This document shows positions 32,803-42,792 of a DNA stretch of 64,000 nucleotides, piece by piece. The DNA is taken from assembly GCA_040753815.1 (NCBI GenBank), contig JBFMDU010000021.1, positions 172,856-236,855 of the forward strand. Direction: 5' to 3'. Each line of letters starts with the position of its first letter. Positions within the stretch are counted from its first letter, which is position 1. Source of the DNA: Chloroflexota bacterium (lineage in GTDB: Bacteria; Chloroflexota; Dehalococcoidia; GIF9; JBFMDU01). The notes under the pieces were generated by a model. It had not been told where the DNA came from and searched no databases. It was given only the letters and a program-made list of their open reading frames with translations. The position numbers were made by a program, and so were the translations under genes.

Positions 32803-33242
32803 TGAAGCTACAACGGATTCTTGTGCCTGTCAGCGATGATATTGCGGCCGAGGAAGGTCTAAAGCTGGCCTGTTTTTTAGCCCGACAGTCTAAAGCGAAA
32901 GTATATGTTGTCTATGTTATTGAGGTGAAGCGGAGTTTACCACTCGATGCCCAGATACCGGGCGATACTAAGAAGGCAGAGCAGGTACTAACGCGGGCTG
33001 AGGACATCGCCGCTGACGAAGACTGTGAAATCGAGACCGACCTGCTCCAGGCGAGGGAGGTGGGTAGTGCCATCATCGATGAAGCGCAGGAGCGAGTGGT
33101 TGACCTGATTGTGATGGGCACAGAGCAGAAAAGGCGGTTTGGTTTTTACCACGTTAGTGATACTATCTATCATGTCATGCGTTACGCGCCATGCCGAGTA
33201 CTGCTTTTACAGGAAATGTCCCGGGTTAAGAATAAAGAATGA
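32799..33242 (+). CDS. Universal stress protein
   Basis: RILVPV, DLIVMG, APC.VL. Confidence 0.92.
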   Translation: MMKLQRILVPVSDDIAAEEGLKLACFLARQSKAKVYVVYVIEVKRSLPLDAQIPGDTKKAEQVLTRAEDIAADEDCEIETDLLQAREVGSAIIDEAQERVVDLIVMGTEQKRRFGFYHVSDTIYHVMRYAPCRVLLLQEMSRVKNKE

Positions 33243-33649
33243 ATATTGTTATCATGGGCTGTGGACGGACTGGAGCACAGCTGGCGGTGAGTATGGATGC
33301 TGCAAAACACAAGGTTACTGTTATTGACATCAGCACCAGCAGTTTCGCCAGGTTGCCGGCGTCTTTTAACGGTACTGCCTTGTTCGGTGACGGGACTGAT
33401 GAGGAGGTGCTTCGTAAAGCAGGGATTGACCAGGCTGATGCATTCGTAGCGGTGACTCAATCTGATAACCGCAACATTATGGGCGCTCAGATTGCTAAGT
33501 ATGTGTTCCATGTACCCCGGGTTGTATGCCGTATTTACGATCCTTTGAGAAAAGACGTTTACGAGGCGGTCGGACTCGAGGCTATCAGCCCTACGACGGT
33601 ATTTGCTGACCTGATTAAGAGTCAATTGGAAGCCAGGCCGCAGGAGTAA
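33239..33649 (+). CDS. TrkA-N/RCK domain protein
   Basis: IMGCGRTG, GDGTD, AVT.SDN.N. Confidence 0.92.
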   Translation: MNIVIMGCGRTGAQLAVSMDAAKHKVTVIDISTSSFARLPASFNGTALFGDGTDEEVLRKAGIDQADAFVAVTQSDNRNIMGAQIAKYVFHVPRVVCRIYDPLRKDVYEAVGLEAISPTTVFADLIKSQLEARPQE

Positions 33650-33656
33650 AGCACTG

Positions 33657-34346
33657 ATGTATGTTGTGATTGTTGGCGGCGGTATGGTTGGTTACTACCT
33701 GAGCAAGGCACTTCTGGCCGAAGGGCATGAGGTCATTGTTATTGAGAGAGACCGGCGCCGCTTCCAGCGCGGTGAAGAGGAATTAGGCAGTGTCTTCGCG
33801 CTCGGCGACGGTTGTGAGGCCTCGGTTCTGGCTGAAGCTGGCCTTGAGAGGGCCGATATCTTTATTGCCGCTACCGATCAGGACGAGGACAACCTGGTGG
33901 CCTGTCAGGTAGCTAAGTACCGTTTCAATGTACCTAAGACGATTGCCCGTATTAACAACCCGCGCAACGAGCCGATTTTCAAGCAGTTGGGCATTGACCG
34001 CACGGTTAGCCAGGTGAAGCATATGCTTGAAGACATCGAAGAGCAGATTCCGACGCACCTGCTGGCCCGGCTCTTCACTCTTGCCGACGTTGGTCTCGAT
34101 ATCGTGGAACTTAAAGTTTCTGCCGACTCACCGGTAGTCGGGCGTCAGGTCAGTGAACTGGCTATTCCTGAGGGCTCGGTCCTTTCGTTGCTGCTTCGCA
34201 ATGGTGAGAAACCCCGGGTGCCAGCGCCTGATATGGCGATTATGCCCGGCGACCGGATAATCGCTCTTACCAGCGCTGAAGGCGAGCCGGTGCTTCAGGA
34301 ACTGTTCAGCACGAAGCGTTCCAAGGGCAAGGGTAAGAATGGTTAG
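33657..34346 (+). CDS. trkA: TrkA-family protein (RCK_N plus RCK_C)
   Basis: VGGGMVG, GDG.E, DEDNLVAC, SPVVG. Confidence 0.9.
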   Translation: MYVVIVGGGMVGYYLSKALLAEGHEVIVIERDRRRFQRGEEELGSVFALGDGCEASVLAEAGLERADIFIAATDQDEDNLVACQVAKYRFNVPKTIARINNPRNEPIFKQLGIDRTVSQVKHMLEDIEEQIPTHLLARLFTLADVGLDIVELKVSADSPVVGRQVSELAIPEGSVLSLLLRNGEKPRVPAPDMAIMPGDRIIALTSAEGEPVLQELFSTKRSKGKGKNG

Positions 34347-35154
34347 GGTGGCTTTTCAAGGGGAGCGGGGTGCTTATAGTGAAGAAGCGGTAATGCGCTT
34401 TTTTGGTGAGGCCGAGCTTATGCCGTGCCTGGTGCTTGGTGACGTCTTCAAGGCGGTCTCAACCGGACAGGCTTCCTTTGGTGTGGTGCCCATTGAGAAT
34501 TCTCAGGCAGGCAGTATCAACGACAGCTATGACCTCCTGCTTAATTATCCGCTCAACATATATGGTGAGGTCTTTGTACGCGTCAGTCACTGTCTGATGG
34601 CCTTGCCGGGTGAGAAGCTGGCCTCGATTAAGACGGTCTACTCGCATCCGCAGGCGATTGCCCAGAGCGAGGATTTCCTGCGCAAGCTTAATGCCGAAAT
34701 TGTTCCGACGTATGACACGGCGGGAAGCGCCAAGATGGTCCGAGAGAAGGAATTGAAGAGTGCGGCGGCCATCGCCAGCCGCAATGCCGCCCGTTTTTAT
34801 AACCTCGAGATTCTGGCAGAGCATATTGAGACCAATCCCAACAACTACACACGGTTTGTTGTGATTTCGGAAGAAAGGGCGAAGAGATCTGAGAAAAACA
34901 AGACTTCACTGGTCTTCGCTGTTAAGAACGTGCCCGGCGCGCTGTACTCCATTCTGGGTGCTTTCGCTAACCGCAACATAAACCTCACCAAGCTTGAATC
35001 GCGCCCCCGCCGAGACCGGCCATGGGAATATATCTTCTACGTTGACTTTGAAGGACATCGTGAGGATGATGCCTGGCGCGAAGCCTTGAATGAGGTGCGC
35101 GAGAAGGCTACTTTCGTCAAGATTCTCGGCTCATATCCGCGGGCCGAGGATTAA
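34339..35154 (+). CDS. pheA: Prephenate dehydratase
   Basis: FQGERGAYSE, PIENS, SHPQA, NYTRF, TKLESRP. Confidence 0.97.
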   Translation: MVRVAFQGERGAYSEEAVMRFFGEAELMPCLVLGDVFKAVSTGQASFGVVPIENSQAGSINDSYDLLLNYPLNIYGEVFVRVSHCLMALPGEKLASIKTVYSHPQAIAQSEDFLRKLNAEIVPTYDTAGSAKMVREKELKSAAAIASRNAARFYNLEILAEHIETNPNNYTRFVVISEERAKRSEKNKTSLVFAVKNVPGALYSILGAFANRNINLTKLESRPRRDRPWEYIFYVDFEGHREDDAWREALNEVREKATFVKILGSYPRAED

Positions 35155-35471
35155 AACAGTATTTCGTGCTCCGTTGCCGGGTCTGTCGTCTCCCATTTAT
35201 TTCGTTCGGACTTTAACTTGCCGAAGTGACACCTTCATCATACACAGCGGTGACGACCACGATGAGTACCTAAGAAATCCCTGATAGTCCAAAGTGCTAG
35301 GTGGTCAGCCAGGTACTGGCAACAGGTTTTCTTCTTACTACGGAGGCTTAAGCGTAGGGGCTCTTGTCTCCTAAAGTAGTTTAAGTTTTCGATAGAATAA
35401 TTAAGATAATGCTAGATTTTTATAAGTTATTTATGATACACTATCTGTCACGTTTTAAAAGGAGGCTTGAG

Positions 35472-36170
35472 ATGACTGCCGATCGGGGGGCTGCTTTTAT
35501 TAGTATAAGAGAAGCAAGCCGCATGTTGGGAGTTAGCGAGGCAACGCTACGTCAGTGGACTGATCGGGGCCAAGTTAAGGCCTTTATTACCCCTGGCGGC
35601 CACCGACGGTACTCGCTGGCAGAGCTTAAAAGGCTACTTGTCCCAGGGCGGAAGATGCATCGGATTGGTGATATCGTAGCCGAGTTGCAGGGCACCAGCC
35701 GGTTGCATGGTGTAATTGGCCGGAAATCCCTCCAAGCAGCTATAGGTATTAAAGAACTAAGAGGTGAATCCGAAGAGCATTTCGCCAAACTCGGCCGCAG
35801 GTTACTCCATCTAATTATCCGGTGTATTCTGGAACCTTCCAACCGAGCTGAGATACTGGAATTTGTTCGTGATGTTGGTCGTGACTTTGGTGAAAGCATG
35901 GCAAAAATAGGCATTCCCCTTGCTGACTCAGTTGAAGCGGTGATCCTGCACCGTGCCCCCTTAATCGAAGCTACCTCACACTTCATCAAGAAACGGGAGG
36001 TGGTCGATGGGAGTGTGGTGGATGCCATTTCACTGGTGGCGCGCATCATGGATGAAGTATTAATTGCCATGGTCGAGGCGCATCAGGGGACGAGAAGGGG
36101 AGGCCGCAGCCAATCGAAAGGGTTACCGCGAAATGATATCAATCTCTCGCCTCCTATGCGACACGATTAG
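35472..36170 (+). CDS. MerR/excisionase-type HTH protein with an all-helical (globin/RsbRD_N-like) C-terminal domain
   Basis: AAGGAGG SD; EASRMLGVSEATLRQW.D.G...TPGGHRRY. Confidence 0.8.
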   Translation: MTADRGAAFISIREASRMLGVSEATLRQWTDRGQVKAFITPGGHRRYSLAELKRLLVPGRKMHRIGDIVAELQGTSRLHGVIGRKSLQAAIGIKELRGESEEHFAKLGRRLLHLIIRCILEPSNRAEILEFVRDVGRDFGESMAKIGIPLADSVEAVILHRAPLIEATSHFIKKREVVDGSVVDAISLVARIMDEVLIAMVEAHQGTRRGGRSQSKGLPRNDINLSPPMRHD

Positions 36171-36462
36171 TCCAGGTGATAGCCTCCGCTGCGGGAGACC
36201 AGATCGAGACCTGCCTCGCCGTAATGGCGGCAACATCCGTAACAAGAGATTCAACCAGATATGGTCAAGCGCTTCGGGACCTCTACTTAACTGCTTAAGA
36301 AACCGTAAAGGCCTCCTCAAAGACTGTTGCTCCCGGTGTGCATACCTCGATTTGTGCAATGGCAACTTGCGCGTCCGGGCTGAAGCCGTATACGGCGATG
36401 TTTGGGCTGAAGACCCGGCATGCTATCTGAGCGACAAGGAGATTGGAATTAACTATGACTGA
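36133..36462 (+). pseudogene. ahbC: ahbC/nirJ1 with an in-frame internal deletion (109 aa)
   Basis: AhbC-like N-terminus MISISRLLCDTISPGDSLR joined directly to the SPASM tail GNIR..F..IW..C..C.YLDLCNGNLRVRAEA..GD.WAEDPACYL; no radical-SAM CxxxCxxC. Confidence 0.8.
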
Positions 36463-37657
36463 CGGAGGACCGAACGGAAACGACATGGCATCTCCAGACA
36501 TCATCGTGCCTAAGTTACAAGTTGTTGCCTGGGAATTGACAAGGAGTTGCAATCTGCTTTGTGCCCATTGCCGCGGCTCGGCTGACAGCAGCCGCTATGA
36601 TGGGGAACTCTCGACTGAAGAGTGTTTCCGCCTGATTGACGGCATCGTTCAGGTAGCCAAGCCAGTTCTCATTCTCACTGGTGGGGAGCCACTTGCCCGC
36701 CCTGACTTGCTGGAGATCGCGAAATATGCGGCTGCAAGGGGTCTTATTGTTGTTTTAGGTACCAATGGTACATTGCTTACTCCTGAAATAGCTACCAGTC
36801 TGCGTGATGTGCCGATATTCCGGGTAGGGATAAGCCTTGATTTCCCGTCTGCGGAATTACAGGATGCCTTTCGCGGCCAGAAAGGTGCTTTTGATGCTGC
36901 CATGGCTGGGATACTTAACGTACGCCAGGCAGGCATTGACGTTCAGATTAACAGTACGATAACGAAACGCAACGTCGCGTTCCTGGACAAACTACTCTCC
37001 GTAGCACTTGGGATGGGAGCCGTAGCGTTTCATCCGTTCATGCTTGTGCCGACCGGGCGTGGGAAGGGTTTAGAAACGGACGAACTGTCTCCGGAGGAGT
37101 ACGAAAGGACGCTGAACTGGATCTATGACAAACAGGTGGAGTTGGGTGACCGGATCTTTTTCAAGCCCACCGATGCTCCCCACTACATGCGCATTCTAAA
37201 ACAGAGGGAAAAGTCAGGAGTTGCCCCGCATCCGCCGGCTCATTCACAGGCAATACCGATAAAGAGGGGCCACCCGGTTAACAGGATAACGCGCGGCTGT
37301 TTAGCCGGTACGGGGTTCTGCTTCATTTCGCACCGGGGCAGGGTGCAAGGGTGTGGCTACTTTGATGTAAGCGCTGGCAATGTCCGGATACAGCCGTTCG
37401 GGGACATCTGGGCACATTCGCACGTGTTTAATAGTTTGAGGGACCTGTCGGGCCTCAAGGGGAAATGTGGCCGTTGTGAGTACAAGACGATTTGCGGTGG
37501 CTGTCGTGCGCATGCCTACGAAGCTACAGGCGACTATCTTGAGGCGGAGCCATATTGTGTCTACCAACCCCGGCAGCGGCCTAAATATGAGCTTGGAAGG
37601 GCTGTGACTAAAACCGATGGCTCTCTTCTTGTGGCTACTTCCGAGTTAAAAGACTAG
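36455..37657 (+). CDS. ahbD: Radical SAM/SPASM heme synthase AhbD (NirJ2-like)
   Basis: AWELTRSCNLLCAHCR, LVPTGRG, PTDAPHY, GCLAGTGFCFISH, CGGCRA. Confidence 0.88.
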   Translation: MTDGGPNGNDMASPDIIVPKLQVVAWELTRSCNLLCAHCRGSADSSRYDGELSTEECFRLIDGIVQVAKPVLILTGGEPLARPDLLEIAKYAAARGLIVVLGTNGTLLTPEIATSLRDVPIFRVGISLDFPSAELQDAFRGQKGAFDAAMAGILNVRQAGIDVQINSTITKRNVAFLDKLLSVALGMGAVAFHPFMLVPTGRGKGLETDELSPEEYERTLNWIYDKQVELGDRIFFKPTDAPHYMRILKQREKSGVAPHPPAHSQAIPIKRGHPVNRITRGCLAGTGFCFISHRGRVQGCGYFDVSAGNVRIQPFGDIWAHSHVFNSLRDLSGLKGKCGRCEYKTICGGCRAHAYEATGDYLEAEPYCVYQPRQRPKYELGRAVTKTDGSLLVATSELKD

Positions 37658-37672
37658 GGGTAAGGCGGCACA

Positions 37673-38023
37673 GTGAGTCAGCAAATGAGCATGTGGGTCA
37701 CAGCAACATTTATTCTTCTACTCAATATTCACTTTGGGTATTGGAGAGCTAACACTAAACGTCTCTCCCGCGAATGGGTTCTCGCGGTCCACATACCTGT
37801 GGCTATCGTGGTCCTTATTCGTATCTTCGGTGGTCTCGGTTGGGAGTGGGTGACATTCCCGGCGTTGTTTGCCGCTTTCGTGATTGGCCAATACTTCGGT
37901 GGCCGGCTCCACATATGGTGGGTACGGCATTGGGTGCCCGCTACTTCCTGTTTGGTATGGGACTTTATTCGTGTTATGCGAACACAGTCCAACGACCGAG
38001 TTCGCAGGAAATTCTCTCGCTAG
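37673..38023 (+). CDS. Small membrane protein, unknown function
   Basis: NI.FGYWRA..S.EW.LAVH.PV pattern; three hydrophobic segments. Confidence 0.65.
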   Translation: MSQQMSMWVTATFILLLNIHFGYWRANTKRLSREWVLAVHIPVAIVVLIRIFGGLGWEWVTFPALFAAFVIGQYFGGRLHIWWVRHWVPATSCLVWDFIRVMRTQSNDRVRRKFSR

Positions 38024-38168
38024 CTGGGTCGTACCTACGTAAGTAATCTTAATCATCATTTGATAACAAAGGCATGGTGAAGAGCTCGTTCTGTATTGTT
38101 TGGCTCACCGAGAGTGACACCTTGGGCTGGTGGTTGACTTGACCTTATGTCCATCTTAAGATTGGGCC

Positions 38169-38867
38169 ATGTTTGGAGGTTCGTTCAAAGAGGCAGTCAA
38201 GCGCGACCCTCTGGTGCGTCTTTTCCGCAAGCTGACGGCCCCACCGGAGCCGGCGCAGTGGAATTATAAAAAAGCCCGCAAGTACCTTGACTACCAGAGC
38301 AAGGACTTTAACTATCCGCTGGCCATCGCCCATTTCAAAGAAGCGATACGTCTGGTGCCAGCCCATCCCCTGTACCATTGTGGTCTTGGTGAGGCCCTGC
38401 TTTCGGCGCCCTCGATGGCGGTATTTCGCGGGGCCAAGCCAGATTTCAGTCTAGGCCGAGCGGTGGAGCTTGCGATACCGGAACTGCAAAAAGCAATCAG
38501 GCTGGCGCCCGAATTCGCCTGGCCATACTACCTCTTGGCGGTGGCACATGAATATCAGAACCAGCTCGATAAGGCCCGGCAGATATGTCGCCAGGCACTG
38601 TCAGTTGACGTGCCCAATGAGGCCAAAGCCACCTTTGAAGCCTATCTAAAGGCACTCGACGAGTATCCCAGTCGTATCCGTGATCCGGAAAAGGTCCGTC
38701 AGATGGAAGAGGAATGCTTGGCCAGGCTGAAGAAAGCAATAGCGTTGCGTGATGCGGGGAAATACAAGGAAGCGGAGAAAGAGCTTCAGGAGGCAGGCAA
38801 GGCGTCTCCGGGTGGGGCGTGGCTGTATGGTACGTTGTGCCGGCTTGGGTCAGCATCCTCACGGTAG
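38169..38867 (+). CDS. Tetratricopeptide repeat protein
   Basis: Repeated A...F/L.KAI.L.P...Y..L units. Confidence 0.8.
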   Translation: MFGGSFKEAVKRDPLVRLFRKLTAPPEPAQWNYKKARKYLDYQSKDFNYPLAIAHFKEAIRLVPAHPLYHCGLGEALLSAPSMAVFRGAKPDFSLGRAVELAIPELQKAIRLAPEFAWPYYLLAVAHEYQNQLDKARQICRQALSVDVPNEAKATFEAYLKALDEYPSRIRDPEKVRQMEEECLARLKKAIALRDAGKYKEAEKELQEAGKASPGGAWLYGTLCRLGSASSR

Positions 38868-38928
38868 CCCTCTCCAATCGGGGGATATTGGTTCATAATA
38901 ATCTCATGGCAGGACAGATTACAGGGTA

Positions 38929-39324
38929 ATGAATACCAAGTGGATTCTTCTTGACGCCGTTCTCGGTGGTATATTGAAACAGGTTGCCTTGTTGGCCATA
39001 GCTTTCTGGGGTCTGCCGGTGTTTGATTATTATTTGCCGCTCTGGGCCGTTGTTCTGATTGGCCTGGCGCTGGCAGTGCAGTCCGGTTTTTCCTGCTTCC
39101 TCGCTCTTCGTCTTCGCAAGCTTAAGCCAGTCACCGGGACACAGACGATGATTGGCAGATGCTGTGTGACGGCCACGGTATTGGATCCGGAGGGTTACGT
39201 CCGAATTGATGGTGAACTGTGGAGGGCAGTCTCCGTCGGTGGCGTTATTGGGGCAGGGATGACGGTTCTGATCGTCGCCGTGGATGGGATGGCTCTGAAG
39301 GTTAAAGGCGGCCCATCTGGATAA
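38929..39324 (+). CDS. NfeD-like C-terminal (OB-fold) membrane protein
   Basis: TG...MIG..L.PEG.VRI.GELWRA. Confidence 0.85.
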   Translation: MNTKWILLDAVLGGILKQVALLAIAFWGLPVFDYYLPLWAVVLIGLALAVQSGFSCFLALRLRKLKPVTGTQTMIGRCCVTATVLDPEGYVRIDGELWRAVSVGGVIGAGMTVLIVAVDGMALKVKGGPSG

Positions 39325-39379
39325 TGCTCCGAGCGGTGTGGCAAGCAGCCAGCTGTGGTAATATAGCGCGGCTAGCAGT

Positions 39380-39838
39380 ATGAGTGTCATCATTCATGAG
39401 GACAGGCCGCGGTACGACCCGCGCTTGAAGGGGATCTTTGGGGTCGTTTTTGCGGTGCTTATTTACAGCGGCATCGAAGCCTATCTGAATGAAGGCTTGG
39501 AAGCCGCTTCCTTTGTGCTCATTCCGGTAGTAGTGGTTGGCCTGGCGTTATATCTGGTCATGCCGAGACGGTATCAGGTGCTGGATGACTGTCTCAAAGT
39601 AGTGATGGGGGGCGGTTTCTCAATTGGCTATCCGTTCTCCACTATGAAGGGAATTGTGCAGAGGAGCGATATCTGGTTCAGCATTAACTTTGTGACTACA
39701 TTCTCATCCAAGCATGTGGTCTATCTTATCCGCACTAAGGGATTTCCTGTTGCGATTTCACCATCTGAACCGCAGGCTCTTATCGCCACCACTGAGCGAG
39801 CTATGGCATTGTGGAAACGGACGGGAGGCGTGGGGTGA
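39380..39838 (+). CDS. Two-TM protein with a bacterial PH-like domain
   Basis: Two TM helices, then PRRYQV...ISP.EP. Confidence 0.65.
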   Translation: MSVIIHEDRPRYDPRLKGIFGVVFAVLIYSGIEAYLNEGLEAASFVLIPVVVVGLALYLVMPRRYQVLDDCLKVVMGGGFSIGYPFSTMKGIVQRSDIWFSINFVTTFSSKHVVYLIRTKGFPVAISPSEPQALIATTERAMALWKRTGGVG

Positions 39839-40869
39839 TTCAGCCGCTTGAGTGGACAGGCCGCAGTCTTAAAGTCGTTGACCAGACGAGACTGCCGTCG
39901 AGACTCTCCTGGCTTGAGCTGTCTGATTACTGCGAGGTGGTGGAGGCTATTAAGTCTCTTCGGGTACGTGGGGCGCCAGTTATTGGAATTACCGCGGGGT
40001 ATGGTATCGCGCTTGGGGCCAAAGGCATTAAGGCTGGTACGAAGCGCGGGTTCATGAGGAAGCTTGAAGCAGTCCTTAAGGACTTTGCCACTAGCCGGCC
40101 AACGGCGGTGAACTTGTTCCATGCCATCGACCGGATGCGGTCGGTCGCCAGTGGGGCGGGAATCGGCGAGGTTAAGACGGCGCTGGTTGCTGAAGCCAGG
40201 AAGATTCATACCGAGCAAGTAGCCGCCACGGAGCGTCTGGGCAAGTTCGGAGCCACCCTGATTCCAGACAAGGCGATGGTGCTGACACACTGTAACGCAG
40301 GCCCCCTAGCGGCGGCCGGAATCGGGACAGCGCTGGGCGTTATCATTGGAGCAGTTAGACAAGGTAAAAAGGTTACGGTGATGGCAAACGAGACGCGGCC
40401 GCTCCTGCAAGGAGCGCGATTGACGACATGGGAACTGAAGCAGGAGGGAATACCGGTAACGCTTATCACTGATTCGATGGCGGGTCATTTTCTGAGGCAG
40501 GGTGCTATTGATTGCGTTGTCGTGGGTGCTGATCGGGTAACCGCCAACGGTGATTTCGCCAATAAGATCGGCACTTATCCTATGGCAGTGCTTGCCAGGG
40601 AGAACGGGGTGCCTTTTTACGTAGCGGCGCCGTTGTCTACTATTGACGTATCCATGAATTCGGGCGATGATATTCCTATCGAAGAAAGGTCAGAGCAGGA
40701 GGTCACGCATCTTGGCGGCAAGAGGCTAGCGCCGCGCGGCATTCCAGCGCGTAATCCGGCCTTTGACGTTACCCCTGCCGAATATGTCACTGCTATTATT
40801 ACTGAGCGGGGAGTCATAGCCGGGCCGAACCGGCGTAAAATATTGAAATTGTTCAAGGAGCGCAACTGA
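39835..40869 (+). CDS. mtnA: Methylthioribose-1-phosphate isomerase
   Basis: DQTRLP, VRGAP, RPTAVNL, THCNAG, ETRPLLQGARLT, NKIGT. Confidence 0.97.
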   Translation: MIQPLEWTGRSLKVVDQTRLPSRLSWLELSDYCEVVEAIKSLRVRGAPVIGITAGYGIALGAKGIKAGTKRGFMRKLEAVLKDFATSRPTAVNLFHAIDRMRSVASGAGIGEVKTALVAEARKIHTEQVAATERLGKFGATLIPDKAMVLTHCNAGPLAAAGIGTALGVIIGAVRQGKKVTVMANETRPLLQGARLTTWELKQEGIPVTLITDSMAGHFLRQGAIDCVVVGADRVTANGDFANKIGTYPMAVLARENGVPFYVAAPLSTIDVSMNSGDDIPIEERSEQEVTHLGGKRLAPRGIPARNPAFDVTPAEYVTAIITERGVIAGPNRRKILKLFKERN

Positions 40870-41738
40870 TGCCTGGAGCGAGAATTGGAGTAATCGGCGG
40901 CACCGGACTGTATCAGATTGAAGGCATGAAGTCGTTTCAGGAAGTCCGGCCGAAGACGCCGTTTGGCGACCCAAGTGATGTTATAGTTATCGGGGAGCTT
41001 GATGGTCACAACATTGCGTTTTTACCGAGGCACGGCCGGGGTCATGTCTTGCTTCCCTCGGAAGTCCCGTATCGCGCCAATATTTACGCCCTCAAATCCC
41101 TTGGTGTGGAGCAGATTATCGCAATTAATTCCTGTGGGAGTCTCAAGGATACAGTGAAGCCGGGAGATCTGGTAATACCGGACCAGTTGATTGACCGTAC
41201 CCGTAGCCGTATCAACACTTTTTTCGGCAATGGGTTGGTAGCGCACATTCCTTTTTCAGAGCCGTTCTGTCCGATGCTGAGCAAGGTCCTTTACGATGGC
41301 GCTAAAAATCTGGGAGCGAAGGTGCATATGGGCGGCACTTGCATTGTCATGGAAGGGCCGGCCTTTTCAACCGTGGCCGAGTCGCGCCTGTACAAAGCAT
41401 GGGGCGGTGATATTATCAATATGACGATGCTGCCTGAAGCCAAGCTGGCACGTGAGGCCGAGATGTGCTATGCCTCAATTGCTTGTGTCAGCGATTACGA
41501 TAGCTGGCGTCAGAAGGGCACTTTTGAGCCGGTTAGGGCTGATTTGGTAGTGACGGTGATGCACGGCAACATCAGTACTGCCAAGCAGATCATCAAGAAA
41601 GCAGTGGGAAATGTGCCTGGCGACCGTGGATGTGAGTGCCGGGAGGCGCTTAAAACAGCTATCATTACCGAATCGTATAAAATGTCGAAGTCAGCGAGGA
41701 AGGACCTGAGCCTTCTCATCAGTAAATACGTTAGCTAA
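40869..41738 (+). CDS. mtnP: S-methyl-5'-thioadenosine phosphorylase
   Basis: IGGTG, TPFG.PS, RHG..H, EGPAFST.AES, SDYD. Confidence 0.95.
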   Translation: MPGARIGVIGGTGLYQIEGMKSFQEVRPKTPFGDPSDVIVIGELDGHNIAFLPRHGRGHVLLPSEVPYRANIYALKSLGVEQIIAINSCGSLKDTVKPGDLVIPDQLIDRTRSRINTFFGNGLVAHIPFSEPFCPMLSKVLYDGAKNLGAKVHMGGTCIVMEGPAFSTVAESRLYKAWGGDIINMTMLPEAKLAREAEMCYASIACVSDYDSWRQKGTFEPVRADLVVTVMHGNISTAKQIIKKAVGNVPGDRGCECREALKTAIITESYKMSKSARKDLSLLISKYVS

Positions 41739-41743
41739 TTAAT

Positions 41744-42769
41744 ATGGCAAACAAGGTCAAGTTTAGTTGTCTGGCTACGGGCATCGGCACTCTGCCTGAT
41801 ACTGATGCCGGTGCCGCTTGTCGGCGCATCTTCAGGCATTTGAAGGACGTTCCCTTCTGGCCTCAGTTGCCGAAGCGTTCGCCTAAGGAGAACATGTATC
41901 TCCAGTTCAGCGAGGGCTTCCCCGGGGTGGTGGTTGAGGATGACCATATCTATGCAGAGAAATCGGATGATTTCGAGAGCAAGCTGGAGAAGGTCTACGT
42001 GGCTTATCTTGAGAATTATCCGGACGACTTCGCTATTAGTCAGGACTACGCCGCCGGGCTTCGTGCCTTCGTAAACTGTAAGGACGAGCGTTACCAGTTT
42101 GTCAAAGGGCAGGTGACTGGACCGATAAGCTGGGGGCTGGTGGCAACCGACCGCCGGCAAAGAGGCATCATTTACGATGAGACGCTTGGCGATACGGTAG
42201 CCAGGTTCCTGAGACTGAAGGCGACGTGGCAAGAAAAACTCCTGCGCACCATGACAGAGAACACCATTATCTTCGTCGATGAGCCGTACCTGACATCGCT
42301 GGGGTCGGCTTTCGTATCAATTCCGCCGGAAAAGGTAGTCAGTCTTATCGGCGAGGTGCTGTGTGGTATTGAGGGCATCAGCGGCGTTCACTGCTGTGGC
42401 AGTACCGACTGGTCGCTCATGCTCGGACTGCCGACTGACATCGTCAGCTTTGATGCCTATAACTATTCCCAGTCGTTGAGTCTCTATCCAGATGATGTTA
42501 GGGCTTTTCTTCAGCGCGGCGGTACCATTGCCTGGGGTATTGTGCCGAATGACGAGGAAACGCTGGCTAAAGAGACGGTGGCCAGCCTTGGTGACCGGCT
42601 TGGTGAGGCGATGGCGCCGTTCACACGCGATGGGATTTCATATCATACGGTGCAAGAGCAGTCTCTAATCACGCCTTCATGCGGTTTGGCTTCATTGTCG
42701 TCGGAAGCTGCTGACCACGCCCTTAACCTCCTCACTAAGCTATCGGAGTCATTAAGACAGCGCCTCTAG
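41744..42769 (+). CDS. Core (folate-independent, MesB-type) methionine synthase
   Basis: WPQLP, KGQVTGP, DEP, HCC and TPSCGL Zn ligands; single barrel; SAM-cycle context. Confidence 0.8.
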   Translation: MANKVKFSCLATGIGTLPDTDAGAACRRIFRHLKDVPFWPQLPKRSPKENMYLQFSEGFPGVVVEDDHIYAEKSDDFESKLEKVYVAYLENYPDDFAISQDYAAGLRAFVNCKDERYQFVKGQVTGPISWGLVATDRRQRGIIYDETLGDTVARFLRLKATWQEKLLRTMTENTIIFVDEPYLTSLGSAFVSIPPEKVVSLIGEVLCGIEGISGVHCCGSTDWSLMLGLPTDIVSFDAYNYSQSLSLYPDDVRAFLQRGGTIAWGIVPNDEETLAKETVASLGDRLGEAMAPFTRDGISYHTVQEQSLITPSCGLASLSSEAADHALNLLTKLSESLRQRL

Positions 42770-42792
42770 GCGCGAGCGAGTGGAATCATCAT

